A stretch of DNA of 58,066 bases from an uncultured Victivallales bacterium (GTDB lineage Bacteria; Verrucomicrobiota; Lentisphaeria; Victivallales; UBA1829), in NCBI GenBank assembly GCA_964581935.1, contig CAZORN010000003.1, positions 1-58,066 on the forward strand, in the 5' to 3' direction. Below, in pieces: positions 1 to 8,172 of this stretch. The notes below the pieces were generated by a model. The model did not search any database. It worked only from the letters and a program-made list of their open reading frames with translations, and was not told the DNA's origin. The position numbers were made by a program, and so were the translations under genes. The first letter of the stretch is position 1. Each line of letters begins with the position of its first letter.

Positions 1-1618
1 CGAGGGTCTTGTCAATGCCGTCCGCGAGTTTCGCGATGGCGTCCACCGAGGTCAGGGGCATGTTCTCGCAGTTCGGGAAAATGACCGTCTTGCCGGGGAA
101 CCTGGCGTTGGCCACGGCGTCGAGCCCTTCCTTGAGGACGTTCATTCCGCCGATGGCTGCCAGCGCGGAGACCGGGTTGAGCTTGCCTTCCTCGACCATG
201 CGGATGGTATGACGGAGGTCTTCGGTCTTGCTTCCGCTGGACCCGATGAAACGGAACCCTTTCGAGACGATTCCGTCAATCGGGAGAGAGCCTTCCTTGC
301 CCGCGGGAATGCCGGCGAAGATATTCATCAGGCCGTCTTCCGCAAGGGATTTGGAGTAGGCGCTCACCAGGGCGGGGACGGGGACGAGCATCACGATGTC
401 GTCGAAGCCGTTCGGGGCGAAGTCCCGGATCGCGCGGTCGAAATCCGCGGGCGTTGCGAAGTCCGCCGGATTCAGGAGCTTGAATTCGATTTTGTTCTTT
501 GCCGCGAGCGGGCCGAGCTGTTCGCGGACATGCTCGATGCGGGTCTTGTCCATGTCGGTGACCAGCACTTTAGAGGGGCCGTTTTCGCTGGAGAGCGCCA
601 GTTGCGTGTGCATCTGGCCCATCGCGCCCGCGCCGCCGGGCAGCCAGCAGACGCCGCCTTTTTTGAGACCGCTGCGGATATTGCGTCCGTAGGCTTCGGA
701 GAGGTTGGCGCTTTTGGTTCCCTGATAGAACCAGCCCTGATAATGGATGCTCCCGACGTCGAACAGCCAGTCTTCCCCGCCGAAGTCGCCGACGAGGCTG
801 ATGCAGGCTCCGGTTTTGCCGAGCTTGCCGGCTTTTTCGCCGGTCGCGCGATCTACGCCGCACAGGAAAATATCGTCGAACTTGTCATTTTCCGGGAGGG
901 CGGAGGCGCAGGTGATTTTCGACTGGGGATAGAGTTTGGAAACCTGGGCCGCGAAGGCGGCGGGCGCGTTCACGAGCGTGACCGCGGACGGTTTGGCCGC
1001 GGAAAGGACGGATCCGAACTCATAGCTTTCGTGTTTCGACCCGAAGACGAACAGCATTTTGCCGTTGGACAGCGGAGCCTTGCGGTAGCCGAGACGGTAG
1101 CTCGCCAGCACGCAGGTCCAGGGTTCGAGGAGGGCGGCGACCGCCGACGGCATGGAGTCCGCGATCGGGAGGAGGTAGCATCCCTCGTCGCCGTTGAGCG
1201 CTTTCTGGTTGATGACGCTGTACTGCGCCATGCCGCCGTCGAGAGCGTATCCGTAGGCGAAGCCCACGCCGTTGACATAGATGTCCGCCTGAATGATGTA
1301 GCGTTGCCCGACCTTGAATTTGTCCTTGATCTTGTCGCCGACCTTGACGACCGTCATGACCGCCTCGTGTCCGGGAATCACCGGATCCGTCGCGAGGTTT
1401 TTGGAGATCACGCGGGGATGCTGTTCGCCCGCACGGATCAGCTTCACGTCCGAAAAGCACAGTCCGATGGCGTTGATTTTGACCAGTAGTTCATCGTCCG
1501 CGATGGCCGGCATCGGCAGAACGGAAGGTTTGTCGTTTTCACCGAATTTTTCGAAACCCGCGCCGAACATGCGCCATGCCAGAATCTTTTCCGGCAGCCC
1601 TTTGCAGCAGCATCCCAT
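1..1618 (-). CDS. Zn-dependent alcohol/polyol dehydrogenase-like protein (MDR superfamily); 3' end runs off the window
   Basis: Absent from the ORF track because it has no stop codon inside the window. Reverse-complement reading from the ATG at 1618 gives MGCCCKGLPEKILAWRMFGAGFEKFGENDKPSVLPMPAIADDELLVKINAIGLCFSDVKLI...PVIPGHEAVMTVVKVGDKI, a GroES-like domain with the Cys and GHE zinc-ligand motifs. Further on it reads ...GGVCWLPGGAGAMGQMHTQ, a GxGxxG Rossmann motif that I verified by hand on 601-660. The frame stays open for 539 codons down to position 2. The + strand ORF 209..1489 is its antisense shadow. Confidence 0.75.
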   Translation of the reverse strand, partial: MGCCCKGLPEKILAWRMFGAGFEKFGENDKPSVLPMPAIADDELLVKINAIGLCFSDVKLIRAGEQHPRVISKNLATDPVIPGHEAVMTVVKVGDKIKDKFKVGQRYIIQADIYVNGVGFAYGYALDGGMAQYSVINQKALNGDEGCYLLPIADSMPSAVAALLEPWTCVLASYRLGYRKAPLSNGKMLFVFGSKHESYEFGSVLSAAKPSAVTLVNAPAAFAAQVSKLYPQSKITCASALPENDKFDDIFLCGVDRATGEKAGKLGKTGACISLVGDFGGEDWLFDVGSIHYQGWFYQGTKSANLSEAYGRNIRSGLKKGGVCWLPGGAGAMGQMHTQLALSSENGPSKVLVTDMDKTRIEHVREQLGPLAAKNKIEFKLLNPADFATPADFDRAIRDFAPNGFDDIVMLVPVPALVSAYSKSLAEDGLMNIFAGIPAGKEGSLPIDGIVSKGFRFIGSSGSKTEDLRHTIRMVEEGKLNPVSALAAIGGMNVLKEGLDAVANARFPGKTVIFPNCENMPLTSVDAIAKLADGIDKTL

Positions 1619-1812
1619 TTTTATTCTCCCTTGTGTTGGTTGACGGTTCATAAAAATTATTATCCCGCCAATTTATCACGTGAAATTGTTTTTTCAACTC
1701 TCCGTTCGGTCTGTCAAAAACCTTCCGGCGCAGAAAGATGATATTTTTTCCGCGCTTCCCTTGAAAACACCCCCCGCTATGCTATTTTTTATCGCAAATC
1801 CAAGGAGAACAC

Positions 1813-3066
1813 ATGGAGCTGAAGACTTTTTGCGCCGAAATGGGATTCGGAACCGACGCCGAAAAAATTCTCTTTCCCGTCTGGGAGGTCCTCTGCGAAA
1901 AGACTCCGCGGGGCGTTCCCGAGTTCATGAAACGGGATTTTTACTCGAAATATTATGCCATGACAAACGGACCGTCCGGGGTTCTGGAACGGATGGACGC
2001 CGTATCGGAAATCGTTTCGGGGAATCCTGCCGCCGCCTTTTACGCCTCCTTTCTCCACTACGCCATGTTCCGTGCGTGTCCGGCGATTCAGGTCTCGCGT
2101 CTCCCGAATGCCGAGAAGGTTTTCGGGGAAAACGCCGGAATTTTCAACCTGATGGTGGCGCTTTCCTCTCTCCCGCTTACAGCGAAGACGCTGGAAAAGC
2201 TCGGGATTCCGGAGCAGTATCTTCTTGACGGCGCGGCATGGGTCGGGGGAACGGTCCATATCTATGCCGCCGCCCATGGAGGGATTCCCGGCCATACCCT
2301 TGCTCAGACTCCGTGGCTCCGCTGGAACGTGGACGGAAAACTGTTCCGGATCGGACGTCTCGAATACCTTTTCGGCGGCTGGCCCGAATGGCTGCCCGTC
2401 GTTTACACAAACCGCAAGGACGGTTCTCTGGCGGTCCTCTGCCGCGACCAGTGGGCTTTCGACAAGGACGGTTTCCGCGTGGATCCGGAAAAGGAGACTC
2501 CCGCTTTCGTCGCCCGGCTCAAGGAACTGGACAGAAGAATCACCGGTACGCCCGTGACCCCGGAAGGGCTTCCTCTTTCCGGGCGGAAAGTCACGCTCGA
2601 CCTCCGGGACTGGACGCCTCTGTGCGCCCCCTGGGACCTGATTCCGAGCATTCACATTCCCGGAGGCGGCGGCATGACCCTCGAGGCGGTCAGGTCGTCC
2701 CTGCTGGAGGCGAAACAGTTTTTCCGGAAATATTTTTCCACCGACGTCAAGGCGTTCGTCTGCGGCTCGTGGATCTTCAATCCCGCCTGGGAAAGAGAAC
2801 TGCCGGGCTCCAATCTGGCGGATTTCTCCCGTCAGGTCTACAAAGGCCCCTGCTTTCCCGCGGGAGGCGGTCCCGGACTGTTCTTCGTTTACGGGCGCGA
2901 TAACATCGATCCGCGCGAGGTGCCCTGCACGAGTTCGCTCCACGAGGCCTTCCGGCGGATTTACGACAGAGGGGAGCCCCTCCGCTCCGGAACGATGTTC
3001 ATTCTGACCGACGACTTGAAACATTACGGAACAGGATACTACCGGCGGACCTGCCGCGTGGAATGA
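1813..3066 (+). CDS. Hypothetical protein, possibly of the DUF5596 / GNAT-like C-terminal acyltransferase-domain family
   Basis: 417-aa ORF with ordinary protein-like composition. The overlapping 411-aa minus-strand ORF is R/G/P-rich and looks like a shadow. The C-terminal segment FVCGSWIFNPAWERELPGSNLADF recalls the 'acyltransferase domain-containing protein' family, but that is from memory only and the function call is weak. Confidence 0.7.
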   Translation: MELKTFCAEMGFGTDAEKILFPVWEVLCEKTPRGVPEFMKRDFYSKYYAMTNGPSGVLERMDAVSEIVSGNPAAAFYASFLHYAMFRACPAIQVSRLPNAEKVFGENAGIFNLMVALSSLPLTAKTLEKLGIPEQYLLDGAAWVGGTVHIYAAAHGGIPGHTLAQTPWLRWNVDGKLFRIGRLEYLFGGWPEWLPVVYTNRKDGSLAVLCRDQWAFDKDGFRVDPEKETPAFVARLKELDRRITGTPVTPEGLPLSGRKVTLDLRDWTPLCAPWDLIPSIHIPGGGGMTLEAVRSSLLEAKQFFRKYFSTDVKAFVCGSWIFNPAWERELPGSNLADFSRQVYKGPCFPAGGGPGLFFVYGRDNIDPREVPCTSSLHEAFRRIYDRGEPLRSGTMFILTDDLKHYGTGYYRRTCRVE

Positions 3067-3100
3067 CCGGATTCAACACCTGACAGGAGCGGATCGGACG

Positions 3101-3838
3101 ATGGCGGATTTAACCTTTCGCATCATGAGCTACAATCTTCATTCCGGCATCGGAATGGACGGCCGGGTCGATTATGACCGCATGTCGGACGTCATCGCGG
3201 GCGCCGGGGCGGATCTGGCCGCCCTTCAGGAAGTGGCGATCGATCATCCGAAGTCCCCGGGGGCGGATCCCCTGCGGATCATGGGGGAAAGACTGGACCG
3301 GAAATGGATTTTCGGGAAGGCTTTTTCCGCCGGAGTTCCCGGACGCTTCTACGATTACGGACTCGGCGTCCTGAGCCGCTGGGACATGACGAGGGAGGAA
3401 GTCCTTCCCCTGCCGTGTCCGGCGGGCGCCGAACCCCGGATCGCGCTGATTGTCCGGATCGATGCGCCCGCTCCCTTCTATTTCATCTGCACGCATCTTT
3501 CCTTCGGGGAAACTCCGGAATTCGGCCGGATCCGCCTGGAGCAGATCGTCGCCATCCGCAAATGCGTGCGGGAGAAGGGGTATCTGCCCGCCGTGCTGGC
3601 CGGGGACTTCAACGCGACGCCGGAGACTTCGTGCGTCCGGAGTCTGGAGGATGTCTGCGTCTTCGCCTGCGGAAAGGAACCGACCTTCCCTTCCGTTGTC
3701 CCGACCATTAAAATCGACTATATCGCCTTCACCCCTCAAAACGCTTTTTCCTGCCGCTCCTTCAGGGTTGTGGAGGAGACGCTCGCTTCCGATCACCGGC
3801 CCGTCGTTGCGGACCTGACGCTCAAGCGGGCGGATTGA
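3101..3838 (+). CDS. Endonuclease/exonuclease/phosphatase (EEP) family protein
   Basis: Carries the EEP hallmarks: MSYNLHSG near the N-terminus, LAALQEV, LAGDFNATPE and ASDHRPVVADL at the C-terminus. Confidence 0.85.
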   Translation: MADLTFRIMSYNLHSGIGMDGRVDYDRMSDVIAGAGADLAALQEVAIDHPKSPGADPLRIMGERLDRKWIFGKAFSAGVPGRFYDYGLGVLSRWDMTREEVLPLPCPAGAEPRIALIVRIDAPAPFYFICTHLSFGETPEFGRIRLEQIVAIRKCVREKGYLPAVLAGDFNATPETSCVRSLEDVCVFACGKEPTFPSVVPTIKIDYIAFTPQNAFSCRSFRVVEETLASDHRPVVADLTLKRAD

Positions 3839-3862
3839 AACGAACATAAAAATGGAATCAGA

Positions 3863-5692
3863 ATGAAACTGGAACCTGAATTCATCCCCATGAGCCGCGC
3901 GGAAATGGAACGTCTCGGCTGGAAGGAACTCGACATCCTGATCGTGACCGGCGACGCCTATGTGGACCATCCGTCCTTCGGCATGGCCGTGATCGGACGC
4001 CTCCTGCTCGCGGAGGGCTGGAGGGTCGGTATCATCGCCCAGCCGGACTGGAAGAATCCCGATTCGGTCAAGGTCATGGGACGTCCCCGCATCGCCTGCG
4101 CAATTACCGCCGGAAACATGGACTCGATGGTCTGCATCTATACGGCGGGACGGCGTTTCCGTTCGGACGACATGTATTCCCCCGGCGGAAAGACCGGGCT
4201 CCGTCCTCCGATGGCGACCGTCGTCTACACGCAGCTTTGCAAAGGAGCCTTTCCCGGAATCCCGACGGTCCTCGGGGGTATGGAAGCCAGCATGCGCCGC
4301 GTCGCCCACTACGACTACTGGCAGGACAAGATGCGCCCGAGCGTGCTGGTCGATTCCAAAGCCGACATCCTCGTCTACGGGATGGGCGAGACCGCCACCC
4401 TCGAAATCTTCCACCGTCTGGAACGGAATGAAGACCTCGGCTCCATTCCCGGAACCGCCCGCTATCTGGGGGGGAAAGCCTCCGCGGAACTCAAGATCGA
4501 CGATTCATATACCGTGCTCCCTTCCTTCACCGAAATGCAGAACGATCCGGACGCCGTCATGCGGGAGACCGTCGCCGTGGAAGCGGAGATGAACCCCTGG
4601 TGCGGACGCAAGCTCCTTCAGGAAACAAACGGCCGTTATGTGCTGGTCGAACCGCCTTCAAAACCGCTTTCCGCCTCCGAATTCGACCGCGTCTGCGAGT
4701 TCCCCTACGCGCTCCGCCCGCATCCTTCCTATAAAGAGCCGATTCCCGCGTGGCTGGCCGTCCGCGATTCCCTTCCCGCCGTGCGGGGGTGTCCCGGCGG
4801 ATGCGCCTTCTGCGGTCTGGTCGCCCATCAGGGACGCTGCGTCATTTCCCGTTCCGAGGACTCCCTGATGCGCGGACTGGACCGCCTCAAGGAGCAGAAA
4901 TTTTTCCGGGGCACCGTCAGCGACGTCGGCGGCGCGGCTGGCAACATCTACGGACATACTCCCGCGGACCGCGCCCTCTGCGAAAAGTGCCGCCGCTCCA
5001 GCTGCATGTTCCCGAACCCGTGCCCCAACTACCGAGCGGAAGGAAAACGGCTCATCGGACTTCTCCGCCGGATGCGGCGCGACCCCTCGGTGAAGCATCT
5101 TTTCATCAATTCGGGCATCCGCCTCGATCTGGCCCTGATGCAGCCGGACCTGACCGAAGAGATCATCCGCCACCATGTTTCCGGACACATGAAGGTTGCT
5201 CCGGAGCATCTCCATCCCCGCGTGCTGGCCCTCATGCGCAAAGGCAAGAGCGGCGAGCTGGAGGCATTCATGAAGATTTTCGAGCGGGTCAACCGCGAGT
5301 GCGGCAAGGAACAATACCTCATTCCGCTTTTCATCTCCAACTTCCCGGGCTGCACCGAACGCGAAATGAAGGTGGTCGACGATTTTCTGGCGGACCATCA
5401 CTGGAGTCCCCAGCAGGCGCAGGACTACATCCCGCTTCCCATGACGATGGGCGCGGCCATGTATTGTTCCGGGAAAACCGCTTCCGGCGAACCGATTCAG
5501 GTCAACCGCGGCCTCCGCGAAAGACGTACCCAGCTTTCCATGCTCAAGCGCCGGCGCGACGGCTTCCGTCCTTCCGGCGGAAAACCGGAAAATCCGCGCG
5601 ACAGGGACTTCCGTCCTTCCGGGGGGAAACCGGGCCATCCCCGGCGTCGCGGCGAGGGGGGGCGTCCCGGGTTTCGGGGGAAAGGAAAATAG
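3863..5692 (+). CDS. ygiQ: YgiQ-family (UPF0313) radical SAM protein
   Basis: N-terminal ILIVTGDAYVDHPSFGMAVIGR matches the YgiQ N-terminal domain. CPGGCAFCG provides the CxxxCxxC radical-SAM cluster motif. At 609 aa the length fits the family. The C-terminus has an Arg/Gly-rich tail containing two FRPSGGKP repeats. Confidence 0.9.
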   Translation: MKLEPEFIPMSRAEMERLGWKELDILIVTGDAYVDHPSFGMAVIGRLLLAEGWRVGIIAQPDWKNPDSVKVMGRPRIACAITAGNMDSMVCIYTAGRRFRSDDMYSPGGKTGLRPPMATVVYTQLCKGAFPGIPTVLGGMEASMRRVAHYDYWQDKMRPSVLVDSKADILVYGMGETATLEIFHRLERNEDLGSIPGTARYLGGKASAELKIDDSYTVLPSFTEMQNDPDAVMRETVAVEAEMNPWCGRKLLQETNGRYVLVEPPSKPLSASEFDRVCEFPYALRPHPSYKEPIPAWLAVRDSLPAVRGCPGGCAFCGLVAHQGRCVISRSEDSLMRGLDRLKEQKFFRGTVSDVGGAAGNIYGHTPADRALCEKCRRSSCMFPNPCPNYRAEGKRLIGLLRRMRRDPSVKHLFINSGIRLDLALMQPDLTEEIIRHHVSGHMKVAPEHLHPRVLALMRKGKSGELEAFMKIFERVNRECGKEQYLIPLFISNFPGCTEREMKVVDDFLADHHWSPQQAQDYIPLPMTMGAAMYCSGKTASGEPIQVNRGLRERRTQLSMLKRRRDGFRPSGGKPENPRDRDFRPSGGKPGHPRRRGEGGRPGFRGKGK

Positions 5693-6062
5693 TCCGTTCC
5701 TTCCGCCGTTTTTCCGTATGAATCCGGCTGAAATCTTTTAGAAAAAAATGGAAAGTGTCCGGAATCGCTTGTATTGACGTATGTTGAATGTATATTGTCT
5801 GGAGATTCTGATTTTCAGATGGTTGGGAAAGGCTTTTTTGCCATGAACGATATGCTGCTGTTCCGCTTTGCGGGGGGGAATCCCCCGGCGGGTCCGGGAC
5901 ATGAACCGCCGGTCCGGAAATGTTTTGCCGCTTCCGCCGCGAGCCCCTGTTCCAAGGGGCGCTTCCCGCTGTCCCCTGAAGGCTCGAATGAAGAGAGTTT
6001 CCCTGTGAAAACAGGAAAATCGATATGTTCCAATTTACCAAACCTTTAAAAAGGAAAACGAA

Positions 6063-6599
6063 ATGAAGAACCGGATTTCTCTCCTTCTCCTCCCCGTGCT
6101 CGCGTTCGGGTTGAGTGACCTGGTTGCCCAGGACGACATGGAAGCCGCCGCCGAGACCCCGAAGACCACGACCGCTGCCGGCGTCAGCACCAAGAAGACC
6201 ACGATTGTGAACGCCGACAACCCGTTCGCCGCCCAGCAGAAGAAAATCGAAGACGCCCAGCAGGCTCTCAAAGGCAGCAAGAAAAACAACAAGAAGTCCG
6301 CTGAAGAAAAAGTGCTCAAGGAACAGGACGCCCTCAAAAAGAAACTGGAAGAGCAGATCGCTCCGCTGAAGAAAAATGCGGACGAACTTCAGACCAAAGT
6401 GAACCTCTACAAGCAGAAAAACTCCAGCAAGGCCGAAGACGCCCAGAAGGATCTGGATAAGGTCCAGGCGGAAATCAAGCGCATCCAGGGCCTCGCCGCC
6501 GTGGATAAATGGTGCACCCTGTCCAAGGACGCCGCCACGCATGATAAGAAAGTCGAGAATAAGAAGAGCGGAAGCAAGAAAGCCAAGAAGAATACCTGA
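6063..6599 (+). CDS. Secreted lysine-rich coiled-coil protein (hypothetical)
   Basis: Signal-peptide-like N-terminus MKNRISLLLLPVLAFGLSDLVAQ. The rest is K/E/A/Q-rich and helical in character. AAGGAAAA lies a few nt upstream of the ATG. No family was recognised. Confidence 0.65.
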   Translation: MKNRISLLLLPVLAFGLSDLVAQDDMEAAAETPKTTTAAGVSTKKTTIVNADNPFAAQQKKIEDAQQALKGSKKNNKKSAEEKVLKEQDALKKKLEEQIAPLKKNADELQTKVNLYKQKNSSKAEDAQKDLDKVQAEIKRIQGLAAVDKWCTLSKDAATHDKKVENKKSGSKKAKKNT

Positions 6600-6625
6600 G
6601 TTTTCTTTGAAAGATTGGGGGCGCG

Positions 6626-8158
6626 ATGCCGGTTGAATGGATTCATGTTCTTTATGCCGTCGGACTTCTGACGGCCATTCTCTCGGTCATTGTCCACATC
6701 CTGTTTACCATGCGGGATGATACGGAGCGCGCCTCCCTCTGGATTATCCTGGTGATCGTCCTTCCCGTTTTCGGAATCGTTTTTTATCTCTTCGCGGGAG
6801 TCTCCCGCCGGAATACGCTCGGGAAAAAGATAGCGCGTTCCGTGGAGCAGTTCTTCTTCCGGAGAAACGCGGCCGAGCATAACGACCTGAAAAGTTACCG
6901 GGATGCGATCACCCGCTTCATCGGCCACGATCCCAGTGAGCCCGAAACCATGAACTACAACCGGATGCTGAACCGCCTTTTCGGCGCGGGAAGCTCCGGT
7001 TCCTCTTCCGGAGACGACGATTTTTCCGGTGTCATGCAGGGAACCGTATCGCTCGACGGCAACAAGGTGGAACTCTTCTGCGACGGCACGGACGCCTATC
7101 CGGCCATGCTCGACAGCATCCGTTCGGCCCGCAAAAACATCAACCTCCAGAGCTTCATCTTCGCCGACGACCGGATCGGACGCGAGATCATGAACGCCCT
7201 CATCGAACGCGCCCGTGCCGGGGTCGATGTCCATGTCCTTTTCGACAAGTTCGGAAGCCTCCCTTCCTCCTGGTTCCTTCTTCGCTGCCGTTCCAAGCAC
7301 CTGCCGAACCTGAAAATCCGTCCCTTTTCCCATGCCTCGCTTTTCACTCCGTGGCGCATCCAGCTCCGGAACCACCGCAAGCTCCTCGTCGTGGACGGCA
7401 AGACCGCTTTCACCGGAGGGCTGAACATCAGCCAGGAAAATATCCGGATCAACGACCATCTCGGCATCCATGACTTCCATTGCCGGATTCACGGACCGAT
7501 CGTCGGCGAACTTCAGTTCTCCTTCCTCTGCGACTGGTTCTATTCCACCAAGCGCGCCCCTGAAAATCTTTTCATCCGGGAGTATTTTCCCGTTCCCGAG
7601 ACGTACGGCGAGGACACCGTCCGCATGATTCCAAGCGGACACGGCTACATTTTCGAAGGTTCGGAAAAAGTCTTTTTCACCGCCACGTCCACCGCGGAAA
7701 AGTCGATCTGGATCATCACCCCCTATTTCGTTCCTTCCAAAGATTTTTCCAAGGCGCTCCGGATGGCGTCCGCCCGCGGCGTGGACGTCCGCATCATCCT
7801 GCCCCGGATCAACAACCACTGGTATATGAAGATGGCCTCGGCCAGTTTCTTCGAACCGCTGCGCTCCGACGGCGTCCGCATTTTCGAACGCAAGGAGGTT
7901 TTCACCCACGCCAAGGCGATGCTCGTGGACAACCGCTGGGCGTTCCTGGGTTCCAGCAACTGCGATATCCGCAGTTTCCGCCTCAACTTTGAACTCGATC
8001 TCCTGGTGGAGGAAGGCGAATTCACGGACACCCTCCACAAGCAGTTCCTCCGCGAACTGAAAAATTCGGAAGAGCTTACGGACGAAGTCCTTGCCGCGAA
8101 AGGGCCGCTCACCAAGATCGCGGAAAGCGCCTGCGCCCTCTTCACTCCGATCCTGTAA
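6626..8158 (+). CDS. cls: Cardiolipin synthase (PLD superfamily)
   Basis: Two N-terminal TM helices. Two HKD motifs: HRKLLVVDGKTAFTGGLN and THAKAMLVDNRWAFLGSSN. Confidence 0.9.
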   Translation: MPVEWIHVLYAVGLLTAILSVIVHILFTMRDDTERASLWIILVIVLPVFGIVFYLFAGVSRRNTLGKKIARSVEQFFFRRNAAEHNDLKSYRDAITRFIGHDPSEPETMNYNRMLNRLFGAGSSGSSSGDDDFSGVMQGTVSLDGNKVELFCDGTDAYPAMLDSIRSARKNINLQSFIFADDRIGREIMNALIERARAGVDVHVLFDKFGSLPSSWFLLRCRSKHLPNLKIRPFSHASLFTPWRIQLRNHRKLLVVDGKTAFTGGLNISQENIRINDHLGIHDFHCRIHGPIVGELQFSFLCDWFYSTKRAPENLFIREYFPVPETYGEDTVRMIPSGHGYIFEGSEKVFFTATSTAEKSIWIITPYFVPSKDFSKALRMASARGVDVRIILPRINNHWYMKMASASFFEPLRSDGVRIFERKEVFTHAKAMLVDNRWAFLGSSNCDIRSFRLNFELDLLVEEGEFTDTLHKQFLRELKNSEELTDEVLAAKGPLTKIAESACALFTPIL

Positions 8159-8172
8159 AACGAAGGAACTCC

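Noticed and set aside
209-1489. 426-aa + strand ORF at the left edge
   Set aside because: The D/E/R/G/A-rich translation has no motifs. The opposite strand encodes a continuous MDR dehydrogenase with GHE and GxGxxG motifs.
1789-4414. 411-aa (1789..3024) and 434-aa (3110..4414) minus-strand ORFs
   Set aside because: Both are antisense to + strand genes with family motifs (EEP, YgiQ) or better composition. They are R/G/P-rich.
5911-5920. GGTCCGGAAA, reminiscent of the SRP (4.5S) RNA domain IV motif
   Set aside because: The flanks do not give the GGAA tetraloop helix or the conserved AGCAGC strand, so this is not SRP RNA.
6407-8038. 543-aa minus-strand ORF
   Set aside because: Antisense to the cardiolipin synthase gene, which has two HKD motifs. 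Shadow ORF.
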